Position numbers and translations under genes: made by a program. A stretch of DNA of 57,911 nucleotides from a virus (Duplodnaviria; Caudoviricetes), in the IMG/VR virus record IMGVR_UViG_3300020161_003007, positions 1 through 57,911 of that record. One strand, written 5' to 3'. Below the pieces are notes generated by a model, which was given only the letters and a program-made list of their open reading frames with translations, made no database searches and was not told the origin of the DNA. This document shows, piece by piece, positions 18,857 to 30,054 of the stretch (positions within the stretch are counted from its first letter, which is position 1; each line of letters opens with the position of its first letter).

Positions 18857-19101
18857 TATTGTTTCCGAAGTGCTGCGATTTCAATAAGTAGATTTTTAAT
18901 ATCTTGCATATCACTTTCTAATTTTGCAAGGCGTTCTTTTGTTTCACCTTCATCTTTTTTAAGTGTTTGAACAAGATTTTTTTTATTTTTATAATCTCGT
19001 AAAGCTGTTACGTTTTTATTTAGAAGTGCTTTTGAGTTTACATCTCTCAGTAAATTTTCATCTTCTGTTTGAACTAAAATATTAGAATCAATTAGTGTCA
19101 T
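18856..19101 (-). CDS. Hypothetical coiled-coil protein
   Basis: 81 aa; LLRDVNSKALLN motif; overlaps both neighbours. Confidence 0.7.
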   Translation of the reverse strand: MTLIDSNILVQTEDENLLRDVNSKALLNKNVTALRDYKNKKNLVQTLKKDEGETKERLAKLESDMQDIKNLLIEIAALRKQ

Positions 19102-20651
19102 GGTGCTAGTGCTAAAGCTCTTAAATCTCTAATAATTGGAACATAATTTGTGTCAGATGTTCTCATTACTATTTTAATTGCAAATGTTCTAAAATTATCA
19201 TATGCAACTCCAGTAGAATTAATGTAAGAAGTATCTGGTGTAGAAGGTATATACAAATATTCTAAAAAGTCAGTTTCAACTTGAGATTTATTTGTATTTA
19301 ACAATGTTTCATCTCCAGGTTGAACATTTATCATTCTAACATATGGTCTTTCATCAAAGTTTGTTTCATCTTCATCGGCAACAATTTTATAGTACACTTC
19401 AATGGTTGTTGGAACAGGTTGATATGCGGTAATATAAACACGAACCATGTTTGCATCAAAACCATCTGCAAGAGTTACTTTACGAGTAATATAACGAGCA
19501 ATTGCAGGACCGCCTTTTGAATCTGTTTCTGAATCAATAATTACTGTTGCTGTTGTATTTCCTGCAGAAACACTTGGTGCTGCAACTGTTGCCGAAACAT
19601 TTTCAGTATATCCAGAACCAGTTGAGGTCACTTCAATTGTGTCAATTTGACCTGTTGTTAAATTTGCAACAGCTGTTGCAGATGCACCACTTCCTTTAGC
19701 TCCGGTAATAGTAATAACGGCATTAGCTGTGTAACCTGTACCAGGATTTGTAATCGTAAAATCAGAACCATCTAAACCACAATCATTAATTATATTTTTA
19801 ATTGCTATCATATGTAATCTAGATGTATCAATCATTACAGAAACAGTATTATCTGTTGTTGTTAATGTTGACCTAAGTAACGCTGAACTATTAGTATTAT
19901 TATAAACAACTTTTCTTGTATCTAATAATACATCATCACCAGCAATAACACTTGTGAAAGTACCGTCTAAAGTTCCACTTGCATTGTCAGTTAATCTATG
20001 AGAATATTGAGAAGAAGTTCCATCAAATATTAATTCTTGTGATGCCACTTTAATTAAATCGTAATCTACATTTGATGCAGGTATAACATTATCTAAAGTT
20101 ATTTGTGTTGTTCCTACAGTAAAATCACAAACATTTAATTTAAACATTAAATCAATATCTTGATATGGAGTATAAGTTGATCCATTTTGTGATTTAAAAA
20201 ATGAACCAGTAAATACTTGTTTGTCCACTCGGCGATCTGAACCATCTAATCTTGTGCCGCCCATTTCTGCTACAAAAATTTCATAGTCATCAGAATTTGT
20301 AAACATTACAATAGCGTGTTCACCAGGAGTAAGAAATACTGGCGCAGGAAATTTAAAACGAGTGTAGTGATTTGAATTTGTAATATCAGGAATATCTGAA
20401 CCAACACCAGATACCGTATTAATAGCCTCTGGTCTTAAATTTACCTGTCCTAAAGCTGCTCCACTATGAATTAAAGAAGAATGTGGATAACCATTTATTA
20501 CTGGCCTTAATTGAATTGAAAATGGTTGATATGTAGCTTCATCTTTTTTCTTAAAAACTAAATCAACACTATGCACAAACATACCTTTTGGATATGCTGA
20601 TGCATCAACAAAAAATGTTTGTGCTACTGGATCAATAAAAGATGTTGCCAT
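19098..20651 (-). CDS. Virion structural protein, C-terminal part of a VrlC/DUF4815-like protein
   Basis: Begins DPVAQTF; GSFFKSQN..TYT...DLMF; ends FAIKIVM...P.IRDLRALAL. Confidence 0.7.
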   Translation of the reverse strand: MATSFIDPVAQTFFVDASAYPKGMFVHSVDLVFKKKDEATYQPFSIQLRPVINGYPHSSLIHSGAALGQVNLRPEAINTVSGVGSDIPDITNSNHYTRFKFPAPVFLTPGEHAIVMFTNSDDYEIFVAEMGGTRLDGSDRRVDKQVFTGSFFKSQNGSTYTPYQDIDLMFKLNVCDFTVGTTQITLDNVIPASNVDYDLIKVASQELIFDGTSSQYSHRLTDNASGTLDGTFTSVIAGDDVLLDTRKVVYNNTNSSALLRSTLTTTDNTVSVMIDTSRLHMIAIKNIINDCGLDGSDFTITNPGTGYTANAVITITGAKGSGASATAVANLTTGQIDTIEVTSTGSGYTENVSATVAAPSVSAGNTTATVIIDSETDSKGGPAIARYITRKVTLADGFDANMVRVYITAYQPVPTTIEVYYKIVADEDETNFDERPYVRMINVQPGDETLLNTNKSQVETDFLEYLYIPSTPDTSYINSTGVAYDNFRTFAIKIVMRTSDTNYVPIIRDLRALALAP

Positions 20652-20652
20652 A

Positions 20653-23600
20653 TTAATTCCTAATTAATTTACTTTTGAAGTATTCTTTAATCACTTTAAA
20701 TGGTGAGGTTACAATATTAATCATAGAAACTAATATGTAAAATGCCACCATAAATGTGAAGATCGTAAAACCTTTTAATCTAGAATCTGGTTTACTTAGA
20801 TTTGGATTTGTTAAACCTACAATTGAACAGATAACTAAACCTAACCAGAACACAAGTTTACCTACTAAAGAACCTTCATCACGGACTCTTTCAACATATG
20901 CCATTTCATCAGACCAAGGTCTTGCGATCACCTCAGTCATATGTAGTGCTATGTTTTTTTGCATTTCATTATTATCTTTCATATCCCAAAGATACAAACT
21001 TGGACCTCGGCCTTTTAACCATTCAACAATTGTTCTTGCCCAATACACATAACCACGATATATGATTGGATGATTACGTTGTAATCTTCGGCCAAATCTC
21101 TGATCAGCTTCATTTATATTTGGCGCAAAGAAACCTTGTTGAGCCATTTCAGAACAAATAATTTTGCCGCCGCGGCCGGCAGGCGCAGGCGGAGGTGTTC
21201 TATCTCTCACAAGTGTTGTACCTAATAACTGTCTTTCTACAGCAGTTGTTGACCTATAATTTTCGTTTTTCTCATAGATAACCTGATTTTGAATTGTAGG
21301 CACACGAACTGAAATAGAAACTTCTTCCACAACATTAAGAACACCTTGAGCGTACCATTGTTCTTCAGCAAAAGAATTTGTTTGTAAAGGATCGTTATTT
21401 TGATCACTTGTTAATCTAATTAAACGAGATCCAGTTCTACTTCTCCAACCATCGTCATATGCAGTTGGTCCATAATTTGGCAAAAACCAACGTCCAGCCA
21501 TATCACCATGATCATCTGTTTGTGGTTTTCCTACAGACCAACGAGATGTGCCATCTGGTATTATATCCCAGTTTGGAGTAATTGTAGCAACTTTTGTTGA
21601 ACCATTATAATTTGTTATGGTTCTTTCTTGGCCAATACCAGTTCCTGCAACAATTCGTATTTGGTAAAATTGAGTTGCTGTTATTGGATCGGTAAGATTT
21701 TTTGTTCCAGAATAAGGCCAAGAAACTGTTGCATATGAAGATTGAACATTCACATATGCATTATTTACTGGAGCACCTGAATTAAGAGTAATTGTAGAAG
21801 CATTAGCTGTACTCGTATTGCCGTTATTCCAAAACATAATATCAATCTTAGCTGTTGAACCACTTACTGCGCCAGTAACAGTATCATTAGCTGCAAATGT
21901 ACCACGAACATCACCTAAGAAAATCATTGGTTGTGTTTGTGACCAAGAACGTCCAGTTTGTTTTAACAGTTTGGCTGTACCACCACTTGATGATGTTATT
22001 GTTTCATAGACACCATAAGAATCGTTAAAATCACCACTTACATTAAATAACCAAGCAATAGCTGGAAATTCAATATATTTTGTTGCATCTAAATCACCCT
22101 GTTCAGCAAAAAGATAATGATATTGATTTGGTCTTAATCCTTTTGCAACAGTAATGATCCATTGAGCACGAATATAAGGAACAACCGACAAATCAACTTG
22201 ACGATTACCAATACTCTTTACAATTCTTTCAGGTACTAATACTTTTTTGGTACCAAATCTTTCTCTCGAATATTGCGTTACAGTTGTGGTTGATTTTACT
22301 GTATCTTGATAATCAAGATAACCTACTGAACGATTTTCTGAACCTGTGCTAACTCCCACATTTTGGCCAGAAACAAATTCATTCCAATCACCCCATTGAT
22401 TACCCCAACCAGCTGCTCGTGTATCATGTAAAGCAGCACCAATTTGTTCCCAAGCATCGTTCTCACCCTCCATGTTAACAAGAACATCGGGTCTTGTTTC
22501 GGTATCAATCCAAAAATCTCCAGGTGGGAAGAAATCAAGTGTGCCAGAATAATTAGAAAGAACAAATGGGTTAACAGCAATAGCTTGTGTAGCTACATTC
22601 TGTGTAATAAATGTTTTTAATGTGTACGGAGAAGTAACAATTGTTCCTGCTTGAACATTAGCTGAAGTTAATGAAGTATTTGCTTGAAAGCCAATACTTG
22701 TTGAAACAAATGAAGGACGTAATTCACCAGCTTTAAAATCCATTGCACATTTATAGTCAACATTTTTAACATCGCCTACTTGGTGACCTCTAAACGAATC
22801 CGTAAGAATACCATTTTTAAATCTTTCTAAACCATTTCCATCAAGAACCGTTAAGTCCTGTGCTGCTTTTTCTAATGTGTTTAGTGCAGTATAATATTCC
22901 AAATTTTCAATTCGTTTTTCCAAATTACCAATATCTCGCATAGTATATCGTTTATTTTCAATATACTGAAGTTTTACATCATTTGGAAAAAATGTATATG
23001 GATTAACACGAATCGTATACAAACTCATCACATTATCTGGCTCAGGCGGAGTTTGTGGATATAAAGAAGAAACTCCTTGAATAACTCTAAATTTTCTATC
23101 TTCGCCTAATACAATTCTATCTGTTCTTGGAATATAGTACGAGTAGTCAGATTCTAATGCTTCTCCTGCTTTAGGTAATGAAACACCTGATAAAGTAAAG
23201 TTTGGTGTTGTAGCTACTAAATTTGTTCTGATTGGTCTAAAGTCAACACAATCTCTCAATTTATAAACTTCGCCGCTTGTTGGGCTAGTAAAGTTTGGTA
23301 TTTTAGCATAACGAATTTCTTCAGATGCTCCAAGTGATGCATTATTATAAGAATCAACTGTAAAATAGCCTGAACCAGTATGCGTAAAATAATTAAAAAG
23401 AACTAATATACGACCTTTTGGAGGTAATGCGGCAGGTTTTAAAGTAATTGAACCATGATCATAATACCCATCTTGTTGGCCATCATTTAAAATATAACGA
23501 TCAGTAATATCTTTATTTGCATTTGTTAAATCAGCAAAAACAACTGATGTAGAAGGATCTAAAGAATCAATAACTTTAAAAGATGATTTAACAGAAGAAC

Positions 23601-25872
23601 CTCCAGAAGTTACAGTAAAGTAACCATAAGTTTGTTCAAAATTGCCTTCTAGTTTATAAACATCAGAAATATAAAGATTGTCAGATTGGCCTGGTACTTT
23701 ATTTGGAGAAGTTATAGCAACTTGTCCATCAGAAGAATATATTGTTGTGCTTCCTATTGTTACTCCGCTTGTTCCTATTCCATTAGTATTTGCAGTAACT
23801 AAAGTTTTAACTTTTGGTGAAGTAGTATTATAATCAACTGTAGCAATAACATCAACAGTAAATGTATTTACTGAATTAAAATTAAGTGTAGCTGAAGACG
23901 TAGAAACTGCGATACTTCTTGCAGTTCCAGAAGTAAAAGGAATTATTTCACCATTTGTAAATTCTGAAACGCCTGTAGCGTTATTTGCAACAATATAAAA
24001 ATGATTTAATTTTTGAGCATCAGATAATGCACCAGAACCAACAAACACATTGTTGGCTGAACCAGTAGAAATTGATAAAGAACCTGCTGAAACTGTTTGA
24101 TTTTTAAAAACAGCTTTACCTCTAAAATCTTGATCAGACATTCCAAAACTAACAAAAGATTGCGGAACTCGAAATACAAGAGATTTAAAATTAGTATCAG
24201 AAAAATAAGTATTACTACCTTGAGATGATTGATTTATTGGGTCTACATTAGCTGAAGCAACAATTATAGGAACAGTATTAACAACAGCAAAAGATTTAAT
24301 ATCTTTAATATTAAAATCAATTGTATAAATTGAATTACTTCTTGGACCAAAAGGAATAGCAAACACATCTTCAATTGCTACTGTTTTTGTTAAATTATTA
24401 TAATTAATAATTTTGTGTTTTACATTATCTGCACCATAACCACCAGAAATACGAATATAAGCATTGCTATAAGCTTCAGCAAAATTAGACACTTGACCTG
24501 CGGTCAAAGAAAGAACAAGATGATTTGTATTTCCTGAAGCTCCAGAATTAGCAGATTGTGATATAAATCTAGTATCATAGAGATAAAGATTATATTTGTA
24601 ACTGCTTGGATCTAGTGTATTAGCAGCAGAAACATATTCGATTTCTCGAATACGAGCTGTTCCTATTTTAGTTGAATTGTATGTTGTTGTATTCGATACA
24701 GAAATTCTTCCATTTACTATGCAATGCAAATCAATTATTTGCATTGTGCCAACATCAAATAAACCTTTCGTATTAGCAACCGTAATATAATTGCCATAAT
24801 TTGCAGCAACATCATAATTTTGAACAGTTCTTGTTTCTCTAGCTCTTTCTAAGTCTAAATTTATAGGAGATACAGTTTCAATTTCATGGCCACGAACATA
24901 CGCTTTACCTACACTTAATTTAGCAGTAAAAAGTGAGGAGTTAGAAGTATTGCCAGCAGAAGGTATATGATCCTTTAAATAAATTGTAAAAGGTTTTACA
25001 GTATAATTACCTGATTCATCATATGTTCTTCGAGCTAAAGTTTTTTCTAATTCTGAGTAAAGAGGATAATTATTTCTTAAAGTAACGATGCCACTTTCAA
25101 CACGAATAATTTCAATAAATTTAGTATCATCTGTTGATTGAAGTGTTCTTTTATCTAAAGAAAGATTTACTTTATAACGAGTAGAACCTGGCGCTTGATA
25201 ATTTGAAGCGTTGAGAGCAGGATCTAATAAAGATGTATCTGTTTTTTCATCAACAATTGATTCTTCGTATGCTAAACCAATACGATATGTTGGAGCATTG
25301 CTGTATTTTTCTAAGATAAGAGTTTGAGAGGTTACTTTTACAAAAAAATCATCAATAAAATAAATACCATCATTTACACTTGCTGAAGCTGATTTTCCAG
25401 AAGAAGCAACACTAATTGATCTTGCTTCATATTGATCACTATCTATAGTAAAAAAAGTTTCACCATCTGCTATTTGAAGTGCTGTTTTATACTCAACAAA
25501 TATTGTTGGAGGATCGGTTAATGTTGCAGCTGTTACAGCAACAACTTTTCCTAAAGCTGAATTTGCAGAAAGACCAATACTTTTACCAAGAAAATTTTCA
25601 ACATTTACGTCATTACCAGCAGCTGTTGTTGTTTGTAATTTATGATAAACAACGGAAGTAGACAGAGATACTTCACCTCCAGTTACGACAGATCCGTTTT
25701 TAAAAATATGTTTACCAAAACGAGAAACTTGTTTTTGGAGAATTGTTTGTAATTGAGTTAATTCACGAGCCTGAACAGCATAACCAGGACGAAAAAGCAT
25801 ACGAAGAAATTTTTTGTCCTCATCGTAATCATCATAATAAGGATTTACATTAAAGTTTTGAACTAATGCCAT
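20653..25872 (-). CDS. Large virion structural protein (VrlC/DUF4815-like)
   Basis: NVNPYYDDYD...LFRPGYAVQARELTQLQ; LARRTYDESGNY; RYTMRDIG.LE.RI.NLEYYT. Confidence 0.8.
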   Translation of the reverse strand: MALVQNFNVNPYYDDYDEDKKFLRMLFRPGYAVQARELTQLQTILQKQVSRFGKHIFKNGSVVTGGEVSLSTSVVYHKLQTTTAAGNDVNVENFLGKSIGLSANSALGKVVAVTAATLTDPPTIFVEYKTALQIADGETFFTIDSDQYEARSISVASSGKSASASVNDGIYFIDDFFVKVTSQTLILEKYSNAPTYRIGLAYEESIVDEKTDTSLLDPALNASNYQAPGSTRYKVNLSLDKRTLQSTDDTKFIEIIRVESGIVTLRNNYPLYSELEKTLARRTYDESGNYTVKPFTIYLKDHIPSAGNTSNSSLFTAKLSVGKAYVRGHEIETVSPINLDLERARETRTVQNYDVAANYGNYITVANTKGLFDVGTMQIIDLHCIVNGRISVSNTTTYNSTKIGTARIREIEYVSAANTLDPSSYKYNLYLYDTRFISQSANSGASGNTNHLVLSLTAGQVSNFAEAYSNAYIRISGGYGADNVKHKIINYNNLTKTVAIEDVFAIPFGPRSNSIYTIDFNIKDIKSFAVVNTVPIIVASANVDPINQSSQGSNTYFSDTNFKSLVFRVPQSFVSFGMSDQDFRGKAVFKNQTVSAGSLSISTGSANNVFVGSGALSDAQKLNHFYIVANNATGVSEFTNGEIIPFTSGTARSIAVSTSSATLNFNSVNTFTVDVIATVDYNTTSPKVKTLVTANTNGIGTSGVTIGSTTIYSSDGQVAITSPNKVPGQSDNLYISDVYKLEGNFEQTYGYFTVTSGGSSVKSSFKVIDSLDPSTSVVFADLTNANKDITDRYILNDGQQDGYYDHGSITLKPAALPPKGRILVLFNYFTHTGSGYFTVDSYNNASLGASEEIRYAKIPNFTSPTSGEVYKLRDCVDFRPIRTNLVATTPNFTLSGVSLPKAGEALESDYSYYIPRTDRIVLGEDRKFRVIQGVSSLYPQTPPEPDNVMSLYTIRVNPYTFFPNDVKLQYIENKRYTMRDIGNLEKRIENLEYYTALNTLEKAAQDLTVLDGNGLERFKNGILTDSFRGHQVGDVKNVDYKCAMDFKAGELRPSFVSTSIGFQANTSLTSANVQAGTIVTSPYTLKTFITQNVATQAIAVNPFVLSNYSGTLDFFPPGDFWIDTETRPDVLVNMEGENDAWEQIGAALHDTRAAGWGNQWGDWNEFVSGQNVGVSTGSENRSVGYLDYQDTVKSTTTVTQYSRERFGTKKVLVPERIVKSIGNRQVDLSVVPYIRAQWIITVAKGLRPNQYHYLFAEQGDLDATKYIEFPAIAWLFNVSGDFNDSYGVYETITSSSGGTAKLLKQTGRSWSQTQPMIFLGDVRGTFAANDTVTGAVSGSTAKIDIMFWNNGNTSTANASTITLNSGAPVNNAYVNVQSSYATVSWPYSGTKNLTDPITATQFYQIRIVAGTGIGQERTITNYNGSTKVATITPNWDIIPDGTSRWSVGKPQTDDHGDMAGRWFLPNYGPTAYDDGWRSRTGSRLIRLTSDQNNDPLQTNSFAEEQWYAQGVLNVVEEVSISVRVPTIQNQVIYEKNENYRSTTAVERQLLGTTLVRDRTPPPAPAGRGGKIICSEMAQQGFFAPNINEADQRFGRRLQRNHPIIYRGYVYWARTIVEWLKGRGPSLYLWDMKDNNEMQKNIALHMTEVIARPWSDEMAYVERVRDEGSLVGKLVFWLGLVICSIVGLTNPNLSKPDSRLKGFTIFTFMVAFYILVSMINIVTSPFKVIKEYFKSKLIRN

Positions 25873-25881
25873 TTTTAACCT

Positions 25882-27486
25882 TTAGAAACTAACGACAATT
25901 TTAATATTTTCAGCTTGACCATCTAATCTATCCACTTTACTTTCATTTGTAGCATAAAGAATATCACCAGAATATGGTTGAAATTCTGGAACACTAACTC
26001 CAATAACCGTTCTTGCAATACTTGTTGATGATCCAACAAGAAGCAAACCACTCGTAAAACTTCCTTTTACCCTTGTAACAAAAACCCTAGTTGTAGTTTG
26101 ATCGGTAACATATCCATAGGCTGATGGATTAGTTGGAGAACCTTGGTAAACAAATTCGTTCAAACTAAACAAAGCTCCAGGTATTAAATCTAAATTTGTG
26201 GTTTGAGAAATAACACCGTTTGCTGTTGAATTATTTGCAACTGTAGTTGACCCGTATTTATGCGGATTCCTCAATAAACTAACTTGTCTAAAGGATGTAT
26301 TTGTTGAAATTAAACCATCCTCTGAGGAATCAATTTCACCTATACGAACAGCAACCATAACATTATTTGCGTTCAATTCTCTAGCTGGATTATAAGCATG
26401 TCCGTATTTTGGCGGTATAACAACTCTTGCCAAAGCTCCAAATCCAGAACCATAAATTGTCGCATTTGCAAACGTGTATCCAGTTCCAATGCTAGTAATT
26501 GTTATTTTAGAAATATTCGCATTTGTTGTTGCGACATTTGAAGAAATGTTTGATAGTGTTGCATTAGCAACCGTTCCAGTTCCATCTCCGTCAATAAAAA
26601 CCCTAGTGGAAATAGAAATATTATTACCTGTATTTCCTCCAGAAGAAGTTGTTGTAGTTGAAAGATTTATGACTCCTGTGCTAATTGAAATATCTTCAAT
26701 ATGTGTAGCCACTGGTATTCCTGCTCCAGAAATCAACATATTTTTTAAATTAGTTAATGTAGGTATACTGAATATTTCTATAGTAAGAGCTGTATTTGTT
26801 AATTTTAAAGAAGTTTGGCCAGAAGAATATGTATCAACTTTAATATTTGATGCTTGCCTATAATTTTCTCCTTTATTTTCAACAACTATTTTTGTTATTT
26901 CACCGTCAACAACACCGGTTGAATCTACACCAAAATCTAAAATGGATGTGCTAATTGGCGCAGGTATCCAATCCGAAGTTAAAAATTTATTTGATGGAGT
27001 AACACTAAACATATATTTCCACAAATAACCATCAGCTGTACCAATATTACCATTAGAAGTGTTATAATCTCCAGTTGGTTCTACAGTTGAATTGGCAGAA
27101 TTATTATTAGAAACACATTTATAAACTTTTCTTTCTGAAGTAAAAACATACATTGGTTTTACATTTAAAGAAGTATTGGATGTAAAAAGATCTGAAAAAT
27201 TAACTCTGTCATCATAATTTTTATATTTCGTATTTGCAGTCCAATTGATTCTTGGAATAACTAATTGAACATCGCTGCCGGTTACTCTTTTTGCGGCAAT
27301 AATTTTGTCCCAAACATCTTTTTCTGTAGCAACGGTTTCTACAATGGAATCTGGAGAAGATTCATTAGCATAAGGAACATGGTTTCCAAGAGCAATATAA
27401 GCAATAGTTGGAGAAGCTTCAGAAAAAGACTCTTTAAATTGTTCAGCGCTATTGAAAGCTAATTTTTTGGTTATTATTGATGGCAT
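25882..27486 (-). CDS. Baseplate wedge subunit, T4 gp8-like
   Basis: IPRINWT...VYKCVSNN...STVEPT...DGYLWKYM; ends ENIKIVVSF. Confidence 0.85.
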   Translation of the reverse strand: MPSIITKKLAFNSAEQFKESFSEASPTIAYIALGNHVPYANESSPDSIVETVATEKDVWDKIIAAKRVTGSDVQLVIPRINWTANTKYKNYDDRVNFSDLFTSNTSLNVKPMYVFTSERKVYKCVSNNNSANSTVEPTGDYNTSNGNIGTADGYLWKYMFSVTPSNKFLTSDWIPAPISTSILDFGVDSTGVVDGEITKIVVENKGENYRQASNIKVDTYSSGQTSLKLTNTALTIEIFSIPTLTNLKNMLISGAGIPVATHIEDISISTGVINLSTTTTSSGGNTGNNISISTRVFIDGDGTGTVANATLSNISSNVATTNANISKITITSIGTGYTFANATIYGSGFGALARVVIPPKYGHAYNPARELNANNVMVAVRIGEIDSSEDGLISTNTSFRQVSLLRNPHKYGSTTVANNSTANGVISQTTNLDLIPGALFSLNEFVYQGSPTNPSAYGYVTDQTTTRVFVTRVKGSFTSGLLLVGSSTSIARTVIGVSVPEFQPYSGDILYATNESKVDRLDGQAENIKIVVSF

Positions 27487-27495
27487 AAGATTTAT

Positions 27496-30054
27496 TTATA
27501 TCAATATAGAAATAGTTTGATTATTTGAATTCATAGTAAATGGAGAACTTACTGAGATAGAAGTATCACTAATAATACTATTAACTGTTCTTATTTGGCC
27601 ATTTACAGCAATATTAGAACCTATAGTAAGAATTCCAACAGTATTAGCAACATTAAATCTTGTGTTTGTTCCTATCAAATAAATTGAGTTGTTAGTTGTA
27701 CTTACATAACCAGAAATTGTATTTGAACTATAAAAAGAAGATACTGTTGCTTCTTTATCTTTTGTTTCTTTTATAAGTGTATAAATTGCATAATTAACAA
27801 AACCTGCAGGATGTAATAAATCTTTTAAAATGTTTTTATATTTGGAAAAAGAAACCAAAGATTCAGTAACATACGAAAAATCAATGTAATAATTACTTCC
27901 TTGCATCTTTCTTTCATAATTAGATATAATTGAGTCTGTAGTAGTCCAACGACCAGGTAAAACCGAAAAAGAAGAACCTATTGTAGCTTCAGCAATTGCT
28001 AAACCATCACCAATTTGTGAAAGATCAATTTTAGGAACAAATCTATAACCACTTCCGCCCGAAGTTATTTTGATAGTTAAAATTCGGCCAGCTTGAGTAT
28101 CAAGAACACCTGCTAAAACTTCTCCATCAGAAATTAAAGAGGTTACGCCAATAATACCGCTAGTTCCTGTTGCTGATTGAACCGAAACATTTGGTAAAAG
28201 ATTTTGTGAATAATTTGTACCTCCAACTAAACCATGAGAAAAAGATCCTATTTTATAATTATTAGCATATGTTGTTCCATCATTAAAAGAAAAAGGTACA
28301 TTAACTGTTGCTTCATAGTGAGAAGAAATTAAATTAATATATCGTTCTTGACTTCTAACAACAATTTTATCACCTACTTGCAATTCATTATTAAAATCTG
28401 TATTTGTTCCAGTAATAGTAATAGAATTATTAATAATATTTACTGTTCCTGACATTCTAGGAGGTTGTATTTCAATTTGTAATAGTTCTCCACCACCTCC
28501 TACTTTTTTTACAGCAGCTGCAGCTCCAGTACCAATTGAATAAGATCCAGTTTGAGCACTAAAAATTACTTCATCTCCAATTTTATAATTTGAACCTGTA
28601 GCTAAAACATCTATTCTTCCAATTGATTTAAATGATTTTATATCATAAGCAGTATTTCCAGCTTCGTATAAAGCACCTTGTAATGCATCTACTTGACCTT
28701 TGTTTGCTTCATTTGTTGAAAAAATAACTATTGCATTTGTAATTGGACCAAGATCAGTAATAATAGTTTTTTGTAATGCATCAAAAATTCTGGTACTTAC
28801 ATTTTCAGTAAAAGGAGATGACATTCCATAATTAGCAGCATCTATTGTTAAATTAGAAAAAGGTTGAATTTGATTAACATCTAATACAGTATATGAATTT
28901 GCTGAAAAATGAGAATTGTTTATTCCATCAATATAACCTGCAATAGTGGTTTCTCCTTCATACGTTCCAGCATAGGTACTTTCTGTATTTTTAAAACCTG
29001 CTCCTCCATAAATAACAACAATTCTAGCTATATCAACATCTTCTACCGTATCAACTTCAGCTGAAGCTTCTTCTGTTGGAGCTCCGCCAAAAATTAAAAC
29101 CGGATCACCAGAATTAGCTTGACTACCGCCAGAAATTACTGTAATTGATGTTAAAATAGAAAATGTATCAGCCGAAAGTGTTAATAAATTGCCTTTATCA
29201 TCGACAATATCAACCGTTACTTCTTCACCATTAATAAATGATCCAACAAGTGTTTTTGGATTAATAAACAACTCAAATGGTAAACCAAAATTTAAATTAT
29301 CACTAATAATTTTTTCAACAGCTTTTTCAATTAAAGCAGAAGCACCAGAAGAATTACCTATTATTTTTCTATTTGTAAAAAGAGAATAATTAAAATTATT
29401 ATAAACAACTTTAATTAAAGAATTATTTGCTGGCGCTGTTGTAAAAATTATTTTTTTAGCTTCTTTTTGAATTTCATAATCTATATTTTCATTTAATAAT
29501 ACATTATTAACATAAACAGAACATTCACCAAATCCTACTTGTTGAACAAGAAAAAAAACTTTTTGTGTTCCATTTCCTGTATAAATTCCACGAACATCTC
29601 TTTCTATTTTTAATGTATTATCGATTGTCCATTTTCCGTCAGAAACTCTTAAAATATTATCTTTTGGTAAATTTATTTGCACTTCTTCATTAAAAATAAA
29701 TTTAAATAAAAGTTTAAAAGAATCGTCAATTCCTTTTGCCAAATAAAGAGGTAATATATTTTTAATTAAAAATTCTTTATTTACCGCTGCTTCTTTTGGT
29801 ATTAAAGATAAAAAGGTATTTAAAAAACTTTCTTCAAATTGGTCTAAAGATTTATCAACATCAACAACATCTCTTATTGTTTTTAATTGTGTAGTTAAAT
29901 TATTTTTTAAACTGAGTCCACTATTAGGATCAAATTGTTCTTGTTCAAGAAATTCATAGTAAGCTTTTAAAAAATCTATGAATAAAGGATATTCTTCCCG
30001 AATAAATTCAGGAACTTGTTGTGGAACAAGAATCGAAGTATTTGAAAAAGACAT
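27496..30054 (-). CDS. Baseplate wedge subunit, T4 gp7-like
   Basis: QVPEFIREEYP.F..FLKAYYEFLE; Y.AKG...SFKLLF; YY..FSY...LHPAG; lies between gp6 and gp8. Confidence 0.7.
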   Translation of the reverse strand: MSFSNTSILVPQQVPEFIREEYPLFIDFLKAYYEFLEQEQFDPNSGLSLKNNLTTQLKTIRDVVDVDKSLDQFEESFLNTFLSLIPKEAAVNKEFLIKNILPLYLAKGIDDSFKLLFKFIFNEEVQINLPKDNILRVSDGKWTIDNTLKIERDVRGIYTGNGTQKVFFLVQQVGFGECSVYVNNVLLNENIDYEIQKEAKKIIFTTAPANNSLIKVVYNNFNYSLFTNRKIIGNSSGASALIEKAVEKIISDNLNFGLPFELFINPKTLVGSFINGEEVTVDIVDDKGNLLTLSADTFSILTSITVISGGSQANSGDPVLIFGGAPTEEASAEVDTVEDVDIARIVVIYGGAGFKNTESTYAGTYEGETTIAGYIDGINNSHFSANSYTVLDVNQIQPFSNLTIDAANYGMSSPFTENVSTRIFDALQKTIITDLGPITNAIVIFSTNEANKGQVDALQGALYEAGNTAYDIKSFKSIGRIDVLATGSNYKIGDEVIFSAQTGSYSIGTGAAAAVKKVGGGGELLQIEIQPPRMSGTVNIINNSITITGTNTDFNNELQVGDKIVVRSQERYINLISSHYEATVNVPFSFNDGTTYANNYKIGSFSHGLVGGTNYSQNLLPNVSVQSATGTSGIIGVTSLISDGEVLAGVLDTQAGRILTIKITSGGSGYRFVPKIDLSQIGDGLAIAEATIGSSFSVLPGRWTTTDSIISNYERKMQGSNYYIDFSYVTESLVSFSKYKNILKDLLHPAGFVNYAIYTLIKETKDKEATVSSFYSSNTISGYVSTTNNSIYLIGTNTRFNVANTVGILTIGSNIAVNGQIRTVNSIISDTSISVSSPFTMNSNNQTISILI

